Assembly (NCBI RefSeq): GCF_009914755.1
Contig: NC_060932.1
From: the human T2T-CHM13v2.0 reference genome, Homo sapiens
Reading direction: 5' to 3' (one strand)
DNA length: 64,000 bases
The notes beneath the pieces were generated by a model. The model had not been told where the DNA came from. It ran no database searches and saw only the letters and a list, made by a program, of their open reading frames with translations. The position numbers and the translations under genes were made by a program. The number at the start of each line of letters is the position of its first letter. Positions within the stretch are counted from its first letter, which is position 1. Positions 31,552 through 44,591 of the stretch are shown piece by piece.

Positions 31552-32430
31552 TTATTAATAGATTTTTACCACAAATTCTTTATACTGAGAAACATGTTCC
31601 AGTGCTGCAAATTACAGTCATGCTATTGATTCCTTCGAAAGGTTTAAATCTCAAATTTACATACATTTATATCGACAGACAATAAAGAAACAAAATGAAT
31701 AAGCTAAGTGTACTTTTATTTTCTATGGAAAATGCCACCCATATAACTGGCATCCCTATAGCATCTCAATTCCTGTACTGCAAAACCTATTGGCTCTTTT
31801 TGGTCTATTCCCACTCCGTTTCTCCTAAATCATTTTCCTATTGATCCTTCACTCAGTTTCCATTAAACCTACTTTGCTAAACCTCCAGGAATTCTTACTG
31901 TACCGCACCTATCAACTCCTGGTAATTCTGCTCATATCCTGGGATGCCTGTTCACATGCTGGCTACTTTGGGAAATCCTACCCAAAACGGAAACACCAGC
32001 TTAAGGGCTGTACTTTCCATGAATGTTTCCTCAGTTACTACCCCCTGGGAGCTTAAAATCAAACTGAACTGACTGTATTGAGTATGTAAAATGTATTAGT
32101 CTAAGATATATTCAATATAAGTTGTAAACACATGTTATATTATCTCTCTCTCTCTTTCTATCTAACTTTATGGAGCTGAATATTAAAAGAATTGAGGTCA
32201 GAAAAGTCAGTGCCGTCATGGCCTGGAGCAATTCCAGAGGAATGCTCATCAAGGCTGAGTGTGACCTGGTCTTGGAGGTTGAAAATGATTTAAATAATGC
32301 AACATGTAAGGATGAAGAAGGGTATTGAATACTGGATGTGTTTGATTGTTGGTAAGAAGAGAGGAAGACATTCAATTAATAAGTTTTATTTTCTAGGTCA
32401 CCTGCTGGGTAGAGTAGAAAATAGTCTTGG

Positions 32431-35144
32431 CTAAACCAGGAAGAAGTCGAATCCCTGAATAGACCAAAAACAAGTTCTGAAATTGAAGCAGTAATTAATA
32501 GCCTACCAACTAAAAGAAGCCCAGGACCAGGTGGATTCACAGTCGAATTCTCCCAGAAGTACAAAGAGGAGCTGGTACCATTCCTTCTGAAACTATTCCA
32601 GACAATAAAAAAGAGGGACTCCTCCCTAACTCATTTTATGAGGGCAGCATCATCCTGATACCAAAACCTGGCAAAGGCACAGCAAAAAAAGAAAATTTCA
32701 GGCCAATATCCCTGAAGAACACCGATGTGAAAATCCTCCATAAAATGCTGGAAAACCAATTCCAGCAGCACATCAAAAAGCCTATCCACCATGATCAAGT
32801 CAGCTTTATCCCTGGGATGCAAGGCTAGTTCCATATATGCAAATCAATAAACATAATCCATCACTTAAACAGAACCAATGACAAAAACCACATGATTATC
32901 TCAAGAGATGAAGAAAAGGCCTTCAATAAACTTCAACACCCCTTCATGCTAAAAACTCTCAATAAACTAGGTAGTGATGGAACATATCTCAAAATAATAA
33001 GCTATTTATGACAAACCCACAGCCAATATCATGCTGAATGGGCAAAAGCTGGAAGCATTCCCTTTGAAAACTGGCAAAAGACAAGGATGCCCTTTCTCAC
33101 CACTCCTATTCAACACAGTATTGGAAGTTCTGGCCAGGGTACTCAGGCAAGAGAAAGAAAGAAAATGCATTCAAATAGGAAGTGATGAAGTCAAATTGTC
33201 TCTGTTTGGAGATGACATGATTGTATATTTAGAAAACCCCATTTTCTCATCTCAAAATCTCCTTAAGCTGATAAACAACTTCAGCAATGTCTCAGGATAC
33301 AATATCAATGTGCGAAAAGCACAAGCATTCCTATACATAAATAATAGACAAACAGAGAGCCAAATCAAGAATGAACTCCCATTCACAATTGCTACAAAGA
33401 GAATAAAATGCTGAGGAATACAACTTACAAGGGATGTGAAGGATATCTTCAAGGAGAACTACAAACCACTGCTCAAGGAAATAAGAGAGGACACAAACAA
33501 ATAAAAAAACATTCCATGCTCATGGATAGGAAAAATGAATATTGTGAAAATGGCAATACTGTCCAAAGTAATTTATAGATTTATTGCTATCCCCATCAAG
33601 CTACCATTGACTTTCTTCATTGAATTAGAAAAAACTACTTAAAATGTCATATGGAACCAAAAAAGAGCCCATATAGCCAAATGAATCCTAAGCCAAAAGA
33701 ACATAGTTGGAGGCATCGTGCTACCTGACTTCGAACTATACTACAAGGCTACAGTAACAAAAACAGCAAGGTACTGGTACCAAAGCAGATATATAGACCA
33801 ATGGAACAGAACAGAGGTCTCTGAAATAACACCACATATCTACAACCAACTGACCTTTGACAAATGTGATAAAAACAAGCAATGGGGAAAGGATTCCCTA
33901 TTTAATAAATGGTGTTGGGAAAACTGGCTAGCCATATGCAGAAAACTGAAACTGGACCCCTTCCTTACACTTTATACAAAAATTAACTCAAGATGGATTA
34001 AAGACTTAAACATAAGACCTAAAACCATAAAAACCCTAGAAGAAAACCTAAGCAATACAATTCAGGACATAGGCATGGGCAAGGACTTCATGACTAAAAC
34101 ACCAAAAAGCAATGGCAACAGAATCCAAAATAGACAAATGGGATATAATTAAAGAGCTTCTGCACTGCAAAAGAAAGTACCTCAGAGTGAACGGGCAACC
34201 TACAGAATGGGAGAAAAATTTTGCAATCTATCCATCTGACAAAGGGCTAATACCCAGAATCTACAAAGAACTTGAACAAATTTACAACAAAAAACAACCC
34301 CATCAAAAAGTGGGTGAAGGATATGAACAGACACTTCTCTAAAGAAGACATTTATGCAGCCAACAAACATAAGAAAAAAAGCTCATCATCACTGGTCATT
34401 AGAGAAATGCACATCGAAACCACAGTGAGACACAGTCTCACAACCGTTAGAAAGGGGATCACTAAAAAGTCAGGAAACAACAGATGCTGGAGAGGCTGTG
34501 GAGAAACAGGAACACTTTTACACTGTCGGTGGGAGTGTAAATTAGTTCAACCATTGTGGAAGACAGTGTGGTGATTCCTCAAGGATCTAGAACCAGAAAT
34601 ACCATTTGACTCAGAAATCCCATTACTGGGTATGTACCCAAAGGATTATAAATCATTCTACTATGAAGACATATACACACATATGTTTATTGCAGCCCTG
34701 TTCACAATAGCAAGGACTTGGAACAAACCCAAATGTCCATCAATGATAGGCTGGATAAAGACAATGTGGCACATATACATCATGGAATACTATGCAGCCA
34801 TAAAAAAGGATGAGTTCATGTCCTTTGCAGGGACATGGATGAATCTGGAAACCATCACTGTCGGTAGACTAACATAGGAATACAAAACCAAACACCACAT
34901 GTTCTCACTCATAAGAGGGAGCTGAACAATGAGAACACATGGACACAGGCCGGGGAAACATCACACACTGGGTCCTGTTCGGAGAATGCAGGGCTAGGGG
35001 AGGCATAGCATTAGAAGAAATACCTAATGTAGATGATGGGTTGTTGGGTGCAGCAAAACACCATGGCGTGTGTATACCTATGTAACAAACCTGCACGATC
35101 CGCACATGTGTCCCAGAACTTAAAGTATCATGAAAAAAAAAAAA
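32431..35144 (+). mobile_element. 5'-truncated L1PA (L1PA7-like), ~2.7 kb; disrupted ORF2 RT/C-terminal region plus 3' UTR, antisense to CSMD1
   Basis: ORF fragments [14 protein letters not shown]...[13 protein letters not shown] and [19 protein letters not shown] with stops and frameshifts; 3' UTR and poly(A); degenerate TSD AGAAAATAGTCTTGG/AAAAAAAAGTTTTGG. Confidence 0.95.
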
Positions 35145-36216
35145 GTTTTGGTTAGATAGTAAAATATTTTAAAAAGTAAGTTACCAATGCTCAAAGAAGA
35201 ATTTGGGGATGGTACTTGAATGCACAGGTATGTGAGAAGGTTGTTTTGAGAAAAACCTCACTTACAATCAAAATTATGTATCTCAAATGAGTCAGGCAAA
35301 GTCTCTTGCTTGGGTATGTCAGTTTTCATTACCAGATCAAGAGCATAGGTAATTCAATGACTGTGCTATGATGAACAGGGTGCGTTCACCCATCACCTTA
35401 CATTCAGAGTACTACAACTTTTCAATCTTTACAGGTATGACTAAAATGACTGCAAGTAAAACAACTTGACAAGCCCCATGTCGGTACCTGTTCAACAGAT
35501 CTACCCACATGAAAAAAAAAAGAGAGCAGCTTACACACACCCTATGTTAAAATTCTATTTTTGTCTATAGTCCAAATTAACAAAAATAAATTATTAAAAA
35601 TGCACAGTATCATCCAAGAAAGCCATATGTGTTTGCATGGCACATAAACATTCAAGTAAAATTATTGATACAATTAACTTATTCTATTGCAAATTTAGGG
35701 TAATTTAATAAAACATCAAACAGATTCAAGTTCAGTTACACATGAAGAAAACTTGAATATTTTAAGGGTTATCATTCTTATTGCAAATATTTTTAATATA
35801 GAACCCAAAAATATGACAAATATTTGCATCGTCTATATGACATCCTTGAGTTTTACAAAATTATAATTAGCCAGTAGTTATCATCCTTCTGACACTAAAA
35901 ATTATACAGACACATGTAGTTTATTTATTTTTCATTACTAGAGTTCCAATTACAAAAATAAGACTCAGTAACATAAATTCAAATAATACCAAAAAATGTA
36001 GAGTGAAAAATAAAAAATCTCACTGCTCCCACGCTACAGCCTAGTTATCTCTGAAGAGGCGAGCATGAGAGTTACAATTTTAGAATGTCTATTTTCAGTC
36101 AATTTCTATGCAATTCTGTGTGTACCTGCAATTACATATATCTATATAGTATATGCATATACACAACATGCATTGTTCTATTACCTCTTATTTTTTCCTT
36201 TAAAAAGAATGTATCA

Positions 36217-36472
36217 GGCTGGTCGCGGTGGCTCACATCTATAATCCCAGCACTTTGGGAGGCCGAGGCAGGCAGATTACCTGAGGTCAGGAGTTCGAGA
36301 CCAGCCTGGCCAACATGGCAAAACCCTGTCTCTACTAAAAAATACAAAAATTAGCTGGGCATGGTGGTGGGAGCCTGTAATCCCGGCTGCTCGGGAGGCT
36401 GAGGCAGGGTAATCGCTTGAACCTGGGAGGCGGAGGTTTTAGTGAGCCGAGATCCTGTCACTGTGCTCCAGC
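36217..36472 (+). mobile_element. AluS lacking its 3' end and poly(A) tail
   Basis: Normal 5' start after TTT/AAAAAGAATGTATCA; stops at CTGTGCTCCAGC with no tail or second TSD copy. Confidence 0.9.
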
Positions 36473-36559
36473 AGGAAAGGGAAAAAGTTATTATTTATTT
36501 GCATTCTTCTGATTCCTAGTCAGCACTGGAATATTTTTTAAAGTTTATTGGGTTAGGGT

Positions 36560-36920
36560 TATTTATATATATATATAAATTTATATATGTATATTTATTA
36601 TTAGCATTCCAATAACTTTAGTAATTAGTTATATATATGTTATTATATAATATATAACACATAATATATTATATAATAACATATATATTATAATATATAT
36701 AATATATTATATATAATCTATATATTTAATTAGTTATGTATATAAATTTATATATATATAAATTTATATAAATATATATATATAAATTTATATAAATATA
36801 TATTTATTATTAGCATTATGTCTTTATATATATCTATAATAGATATATAAATATCTCTATATAATATATAATAATAAATATAAATATAAATATCTCTCTC
36901 TATATAGAGATAGATATAAA
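36560..36920. repeat. AT-rich (TA)n low-complexity tract
   Basis: Interrupted TA runs over ~360 bp. Confidence 0.85.
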
Positions 36921-37416
36921 ATGTATCTGCATAGCTCATTTTCTCATAGATCTGTTGGCTTATTAGTGTTGCATTTCTTCTCTCTTCCAGTAGCAGAGTA
37001 TGATTATTTCATGTGTATATTTCATGGAGAATGCAACTATTTTTGGTTGTCTGACCCTTTATTTTACATCTTTAATAGAATAACTTTTAGTGTGCATATA
37101 GCAAAATTGATCAATGTTTTTTCATTTACTGTTTCTGGATTTCTTTAGTTTTCCAAGATTTAAAAACTAAGATTTCTCAAAAAAACCCAAAACTAAATGA
37201 CAAAGAAAACATGATGCTCACAGGCATGGCCACTTAAACGCTGTGACAAAGTCAGCCGAACAATGAGAGGAGAAACAGGATCTCAAATACCAATGATGCC
37301 AGCGCATGTAGATAGCCAGATTGGAGAAGAAATGGATCTGGACACTACATCGTTCCTTACCACAAATTTTTAGATGGATTGAAGTTATAAATTTAAAAGA
37401 TACACATAAGTTTTTA

Positions 37417-37561
37417 CTTTTAGGGGTGATTAACAAGTTATAGATCATGGTGATGCTTTCATAGATGTTCATATGTATCACAAATCGCATCAAATTGTTC
37501 ACATTAAACATGCAGTTTACTGCATTTCAGTCACACCTCAATAAAGCTGTTAAAATGTTTA
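37417..37561 (+). mobile_element. Short L1M 3' terminal insertion with 9-bp TSD
   Basis: ...catcaaattgttcacattaaacatgcagtttactgc...cacctcaataaagctgttaaaa; TSD AAGTTTTTA at 37408-37416 and 37562-37570. Confidence 0.75.
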
Positions 37562-37606
37562 AAGTTTTTAGGAGAGAACAACAGAATGTCTTCATTACTC
37601 TGAACC

Positions 37607-37806
37607 GAGGGAAGCCTTCTTCCACACTAGGAAAACCTCATGCATGGAGGGAAGCCTTCTTCCACACTAGAAAAACCTCATGCATGGAGGGAAGCCTTCT
37701 TCCACACTAGAAAAACCTCATGCATGGAGGGAAGCCTTCTTCCACACTAGGAAAACCTCATGCATGGAGGGAAGCCTTCTTCCACACTAGGAAAACCTCA
37801 TGCACG
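37607..37806. repeat. 40-bp minisatellite, 5 near-identical copies
   Basis: Unit GAGGGAAGCCTTCTTCCACACTAG(G/A)AAAACCTCATGCATG; variant order G,A,A,G,G. Confidence 0.97.
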
Positions 37807-38879
37807 TATGAAAACAGTGAAATATGGGACTATCTTAAAATTAAAAATTTCTATTCATCGAAATGATGCCAATAAGAGAAGGAGAAGAACAACTCTAGAA
37901 TAAAAGACTTACAATGTGTAGATCGAAGGAACTGTATCTAAATATTTACACAACACCTATAATTCAGTAAGATAAACGCATGTGACCCAATAGAAATGGA
38001 AGCAAAGAAAGAGATGCTTTATAAGAGATGATACATCAATGTCCAATAAATATACAAAAATGTGCTCAGAACAACTGAAATGTCAGCAAACAGTAGAATG
38101 AAATAAAAACTTTTGATATGTTTAAGCAATAATATTAGATGATGAGAAGCAGCGAAACACAGCTAACTGCCATAATATGGATGGACCCCACAGACTTAAG
38201 GTTGGAGGAAAGAAGCTGGACAAACAGGACCTTCCCTGGATAATTTCATTTATTTACATAACCACTAGTGCCAGACAATTAAGGTTCAACCCTGGGAGGC
38301 AGTGACTGGGCGAGGCTGTGAAAGCGAAGTGTGGAGTCCTGGAAAAGTTCGTTTAGTGACCTACATGGTCTTGAGCTGACAGGGACATGTTTACTGTGGG
38401 AAATGCATTGAGCTACACACTTATACTTGTAGAAATAAATAAATATGTAGACATCTTTAAAAAATCGTTGTCTGAGAGATAGTCTAAATTTTCACATAAT
38501 AATTTTAAGTTTTGAATCTTTATATCTTTAATCAATGTGTAACTTATTTCATGTACATTTTTAAACATTTTTAAATCAAATCAGGCATCCAATTTGAGCA
38601 ACACTATGTGTTAATAGGATATCCCTTTTCTACAAAATGGAATAATTATATTATAAATTAAGTTTCTGTACAGACAAAGATCTGTTACTAGAATCCTTAT
38701 GCTATTGCACTAATATATTTGTGTATTTCCATACCAATTCCACATTGTTCGGTTTATCATTAGTTTTTCATATGCTCTGATACAACATGGGACAGTCCTT
38801 CCTTATTATTCTCAAAAATATATTTCGTATCCATTTGGAGCATTTCTTTTCCAAATTAATTTTTAAATATTTGCAAATT

Positions 38880-39545
38880 GCTATTTATATATTGCTATAT
38901 ATATATAAATTAATATAGATGCTATTTATATATAAATATATATTTATATAAATTATATATAAATATATTTATAATATATATTTATATATATTATATAAAT
39001 ATATATTTATATAAATTATATAAATATATATTTATATAATATATATAAATATATGCTATTTATATATAAGTATATAATTAAATAAAATAGTATACATATT
39101 TATATATGCTATTTATATGTAAATATATATTATATATGCAAATATATAATATATATTATATATGCTTATATATTACATATGCTAATATAATATATAATAT
39201 ATGCATATATAATATATAATATATGCATATATAGCATATATAATACATATGCTATTTATATATAAATATATAATATATAAATATATAATATATATAATAT
39301 ATAAATATATAATATATAATATATAAATATATATATAATTTATATATAAAATATATATATAAATAAAAATATATAATATATATATAATACATAATATATA
39401 AATATATAATACATAATATATAAATATATAAAAGTCTAAATATATAAATAGAAATGTAAAATCATATACATATACATGCATATCTATGAATGCATATGTA
39501 TGTATACATGTGTATGTATGAATATATATGTATGTATGTATATAG
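38880..39545. repeat. Long AT-rich (TA)n / TATAA low-complexity tract
   Basis: ~660 bp nearly devoid of G/C, ending in (TATG)n. Confidence 0.9.
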
Positions 39546-40925
39546 GCCTTTACATTTCTTGCTAGATATATTATTCCTGGATAATTTTTTTGTGTTTTTG
39601 TTTTACCCTACATGTTTTTATTGTATTTCTAATAAGTTATATCCTATGCGGAAATCTATTGACCTGTTATCCTGAATGCAGCCACCTACTGAACTGATTG
39701 TTGCTAAAAGTCAACTATCTTCTCTTTATAATATTTCTAATTCATATCATTTTCATATACTTTTGCATTTGTTAGGATCTTCAAAGCAATGTTACACAAT
39801 ACTTCTAAAACCAAGGAGTATATCCTGTTCTTGACTTTCAAGGGAATTTTATAAGAGTTTACTATTAATTATGGTGTTTTCTGTAGGCAAATTCACTTAT
39901 ATGACGGTTCTCTGTATATTTATGAAAGCGATATATTATTTTAGAGTTTATGTTTAAATATTTATTTTAGAGTTTACTTAAAGTTTACTGTAAAAAAATG
40001 AGACATGTCTTTCCAGAAAAACTTAGGCATAACTACTGTTCACAGGTTTTCACCTCTTTCATCTGCTTGGATAAGAAGAAGTTGGCCAGAGAATTCCTCT
40101 GTGGGAAAATGCCAGGGCTGGGTACGCATAGTCCATGTTGCAGATTCACATATGAGAGGAAAAAAAAAGCACTAGGTAATTTCTGCCACCATCTGTGATT
40201 GTCGTGAAATAGAAGAGGAATTAAGAATGTACATTTTAGCAATTGTCTAAATTCTTACTGTCTTTCCTGCTGCAATAGTAATTCTTAGCTCATTTAAGAT
40301 TGGTAAGTGGCAAAATGATATCAATACAATGTCTAAATTACCTTGGTGCTTACACCATATTCCCTAGACAAATGGAGTTGATGTATTAGAATTATAACCA
40401 ATAGCAGGAAAAGAAAAATGCCTCAGCTCATCTGCACAAAAAAGGAACCCTTTTGCATCTCTATTCAGAAACTTAGCAGAAAGCACCTTCACCTGGGGGG
40501 CTCACCCCTGCGTTGCTTGGCCAGTGGCTCATGTCAGGCTGCACCTCTTTCTCAGCCTGCTCCTGTGGCCCCACAGACGCCGAACTCGACTCCCACCTAC
40601 TCCTGCCCAGAGTGCAGCATTCCCACTGGTTCCAGCTGGTTCGCACACTTCCCACACTTCCTGAGAGGGCTCCAGCAGCTCTGTGCTGTCCACCTGCACT
40701 CTGTGGTCTCGGCCACAGTGCCAGTTACTGTGTGGGTTGGTGCTTTGGTGACAAAGGTCAAAGATTTTGAGTGATCTGCAGTTAAGCAGAATTTTTCCAT
40801 AAACCCTGTTATTTTGGGTGCTCATTTTAAAGAAGTCAAGGTGTTTAATGAATGCATGCATCATGTTTGAAAGGAAATACCTTTGTCTGTGAAAAGTATT
40901 GAAGATGTAAATGAAATATTTTTGC

Positions 40926-41043
40926 TTTTTCCATAGAAACAATGTGTTTTGGAACACTGTTTTTCATAGAAACAATGTTTCCTGGAACGTTTTTCTGCAG
41001 AAACAATGTTTCTTGGAATGTTATTTTCCATAGAAACAATGTT
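40926..41043. repeat. Degenerate 31-33-bp minisatellite, ~3.6 copies
   Basis: AGAAACAATGT at 40935, 40968, 40999 and 41032 (spacing 33, 31, 33). Confidence 0.85.
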
Positions 41044-41683
41044 ATACTGGGGTTATATTCATGGTCAAGGGCAAAATACCCCAAGTTTTTTTGGCAAATG
41101 ATTACAAGCAACATATTTACCTAACTGTTATTATAACTACACACAGCATAGTATAACGTTGAGCAATACAATAACACAAAATAATCAGGAATGTTATTTG
41201 TCTTGAGATTCCCAAGAGAAGATTTGTGTAGGACAACAGGAGTGGCTGTTATCACAAAAAGCTGCTGAAGATCTCCTGACAGCTTCTGAGCTCAGAATGA
41301 GAACTCCCAGGAGAAGGCTCTGCTAGACATTCAGTCCACGGGAACAAAGACACGGACTGTAGACTGAGAGGAAGTGAGACACTGGGACGTATGTCAGGGG
41401 AAAATCAGGTCTGACATCCTAGGATATGTGTGGCGACTATACCGCCCCACGTGCCAGTTTCAATAAATACCATATGTAAAACACATGTGCAGAACTAAGC
41501 TCCCTAAGTTTGTTCATTCGGGGATAAAGTTGAAGGACAGTCGTTCTATCTAGTACATACACGGTGGTAGGTAAACTTCAAATGATCGGGAATGATACGA
41601 TGATGGTATACAACTTCTCAGAGGGAACTCACGCCAGTCGTAAGGTACCACCCCCTGAAATACACACACCACCCAGCTAGTTA

Positions 41684-42019
<336 letters not shown>

Positions 42020-43249
42020 TCAGAAATAATAAGACCTGAAACATTATGCAAGTGAACCCAACAATCCATGGACATAAAAGCCAATGCATCTTCAAACATT
42101 TGACTTCGTTTTTTAAAAGAGAGATTTATATTGTTATGCTGTTTACCAGATATTATCTACATACAACAACCTTGAATAATTAATTAACTTCTCTGAATTT
42201 TACTTTTCTTCTTGGAAAATCAATGAATTGCACTAAATAAAGTCTAAGACTTTTCCTGTTTTCTATTTTTCACCACCACTCTCCCTGTGTCTTATATATG
42301 TATTAAATATAGACATATGTATTTCTATATTTATATATTCCAATTAGATTTTGGCAGTTTAACTTTCAAATAAATGCATACATACACCCAAACATATACA
42401 CATATAATGCAATTAAAAACTGTGCTAGTGTTATTTTTCTAAGTTTGCATTCCATAAATCCATGCTATTTTCAAATTTTAGTTTAAGTCAGCCACTTGCA
42501 AGATAGCTACTATTAGCCTTTGCTAACGATGGGAAAAATTAATGTACATGAAGTAATTATGATCATGTCATTATGAGAGTTTCTTTTCTCCTCTCACATT
42601 TCTCATTTCTCTTTTTAGAAAAACATATATTTTAAGAGCTAATGAAAATGAGAATAAGGGAAAAGAATATCATTGTAATGTTTACATATGCGAAGAAATA
42701 AAAAATCCTTGTTATTGCTGTGTCATCCTCTCAGTAAACATCAGAACATTAGAATGAATATCTGAACTGTGAATTAAAAATCTTAAAAATATTTCTAATT
42801 TAAAGACTGTTTAGTCTCTAAAAGTGATCTTCGGGATATTGTTTCTGATCATTGCATATGTTTTATTTTTCCAAAATTTGAGTGCTATAACTTGGGCCTG
42901 GCCCCAATACTTTTTTCTTAAACTGTTATTCTAACAAATTTTCTAAACACTAACACATATCTATTGCCCTGAACAACAGAATGTAACTGTCCTTGCTGCT
43001 GTGCAGTATGGCAGGAAAGCCTCCTTCCAACTCTGGAGGAGCTTTCAATCTGCCAGAGGCAACGTGGATATCATTTGGCTAGAAATCTATTACCTACCAC
43101 CTGCTCCTCCCTCCCTCTCTCTACATACACACCACACACATGCATACACACACACACACACACATTCACTTTCAGAGGCATTGTTTATGACTTCTTCCAT
43201 GACACTCCCACAGATTTTATGCATTATTGGCTCCAAATGAACACATGGT

Positions 43250-43357
43250 ACCCAATGCTGGGTGAATGATTTTTGTTGTTGTTGTTTACTTTTATTTTAA
43301 AACCCAGTGCTGAGTGAATGATTTTTTGTTGTTGTTGTTTGTTTACTTTTATTTTAA
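43250..43357. repeat. ~52-bp tandem duplication spanning an L1 tail/flank junction
   Basis: ACCCA(A/G)TGCTG(G/A)GTGAATGATTTTT(GTT)nTACTTTTATTTTAA at 43250-43300 and 43302-43357. Confidence 0.9.
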
Positions 43358-43642
43358 GTTCAGGGGTACATGTGCAGGTTTGTTACATCGGTAAACTTTT
43401 GTCATGGGAGTTTGTTGTACAGATTATTTCCTCACCCAAGTATTAAGCCTAGTGCCCATTAGTTGTTTTTCCTGATCCTCTCCCTCCTGCTACCCTCAAC
43501 CCTCTGATAGGCCCCAGTGTGTGTTGTTCCCTCTATGTGTCCATGTGTTTTCATCATTTAGCTCCCACTTATAAGTGAGAACATGCGGCGTTTGGTTGCC
43601 TGTTGCTGCATTAGTTTGCTAAGGATAATGACATCCAGCTCC
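43322..43642 (-). mobile_element. L1PA (older, L1PA13-like) 3' UTR fragment, sense to CSMD1
   Basis: ttttaagttcaggggtacatgtgcaggtttgttacat...ctcccacttataagtgagaacatgcgg...ttgctaaggataatg. Confidence 0.9.
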
Positions 43643-44174
43643 TAGCATCAAGATCAAAATCAAGACAAGAATTCCCTCAAAAGAAGAAGCTCTGCTGAAG
43701 AAATGCACTGATCTCTAGGTTTCTGGGGAAAAAAAACAGTTAACTAAATAATTTCATTTCTTCAAAAAGGTTTCTGTGGTCACTAAACAACAGTGTATGC
43801 ACTGCGGCAAAACAGTAATAGGAACGATTATCTTAGAATAAGTGAGAATTATATATTAATGGTTTTAATAATGAAATTTATAAACCATAAACTAAACTTT
43901 TCCCACACAAAATTTACAGTGAAAAGAGACAAACTGTGATAGAAATAAAAACATCGAATTAAAATGTTGAATTATTTACATTTCAAACTGAATAAACTCT
44001 TAAGGTCACAATTGATGCTTAGTTCCAATATTATGCCATAATACTTTCATTCATTTTTAAATAATAATTGACACCACTATTAAATTTTGAAATATGCAGA
44101 CATTGTTCTCGTTTTCATTACAAACTGTTTGAATGGAGAGTACAGGACGGGAAGACTGTTGAGTGGTAGAATTA

Positions 44175-44591
<417 letters not shown>

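Larger units (their letters stand above)
37210..38450 (+). mobile_element. Old L1M (ME/MD-like) 3' portion, itself interrupted by a short L1 3' end and a VNTR
   Basis: tagatggattgaagttataaatttaaaag...tgggactatcttaaaattaaaaatttctattcatc...gtgggaaatgcattgagctacacacttat. Confidence 0.6.
35920..39900 (-). mobile_element. Fragmented old L1ME-type element hosting several younger insertions
   Basis: Reverse L1M-like segments at about 35920-36210, 36480-36555, 36930-37145, 38480-38870 and 39550-39900 appear collinear; boundaries approximate. Confidence 0.55.

Noticed and set aside
33031-34877. Reverse-transcriptase-like ORFs suggesting an active or domesticated RT gene
   Set aside because: Fragments of a 5'-truncated L1PA ORF2 broken by stops and frameshifts, with no promoter, ORF1 or endonuclease domain.
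37607-37806. CRISPR-like array of ~40-bp repeats
   Set aside because: Units are head-to-tail with no unique spacers, there are no cas genes, and the context is a primate intron; it is a minisatellite.
40418-40957. Cluster of overlapping ORFs in a GC-richer patch
   Set aside because: No CUB/Sushi or other recognisable motif, and the CSMD1 frame joins 41743 to 23614 without needing another exon.
40926-41043. Repeat-spacer pattern resembling a mini CRISPR array
   Set aside because: The 'spacers' are homologous to each other (TT..TGGAA..T.TTTT); it is a degenerate tandem repeat.
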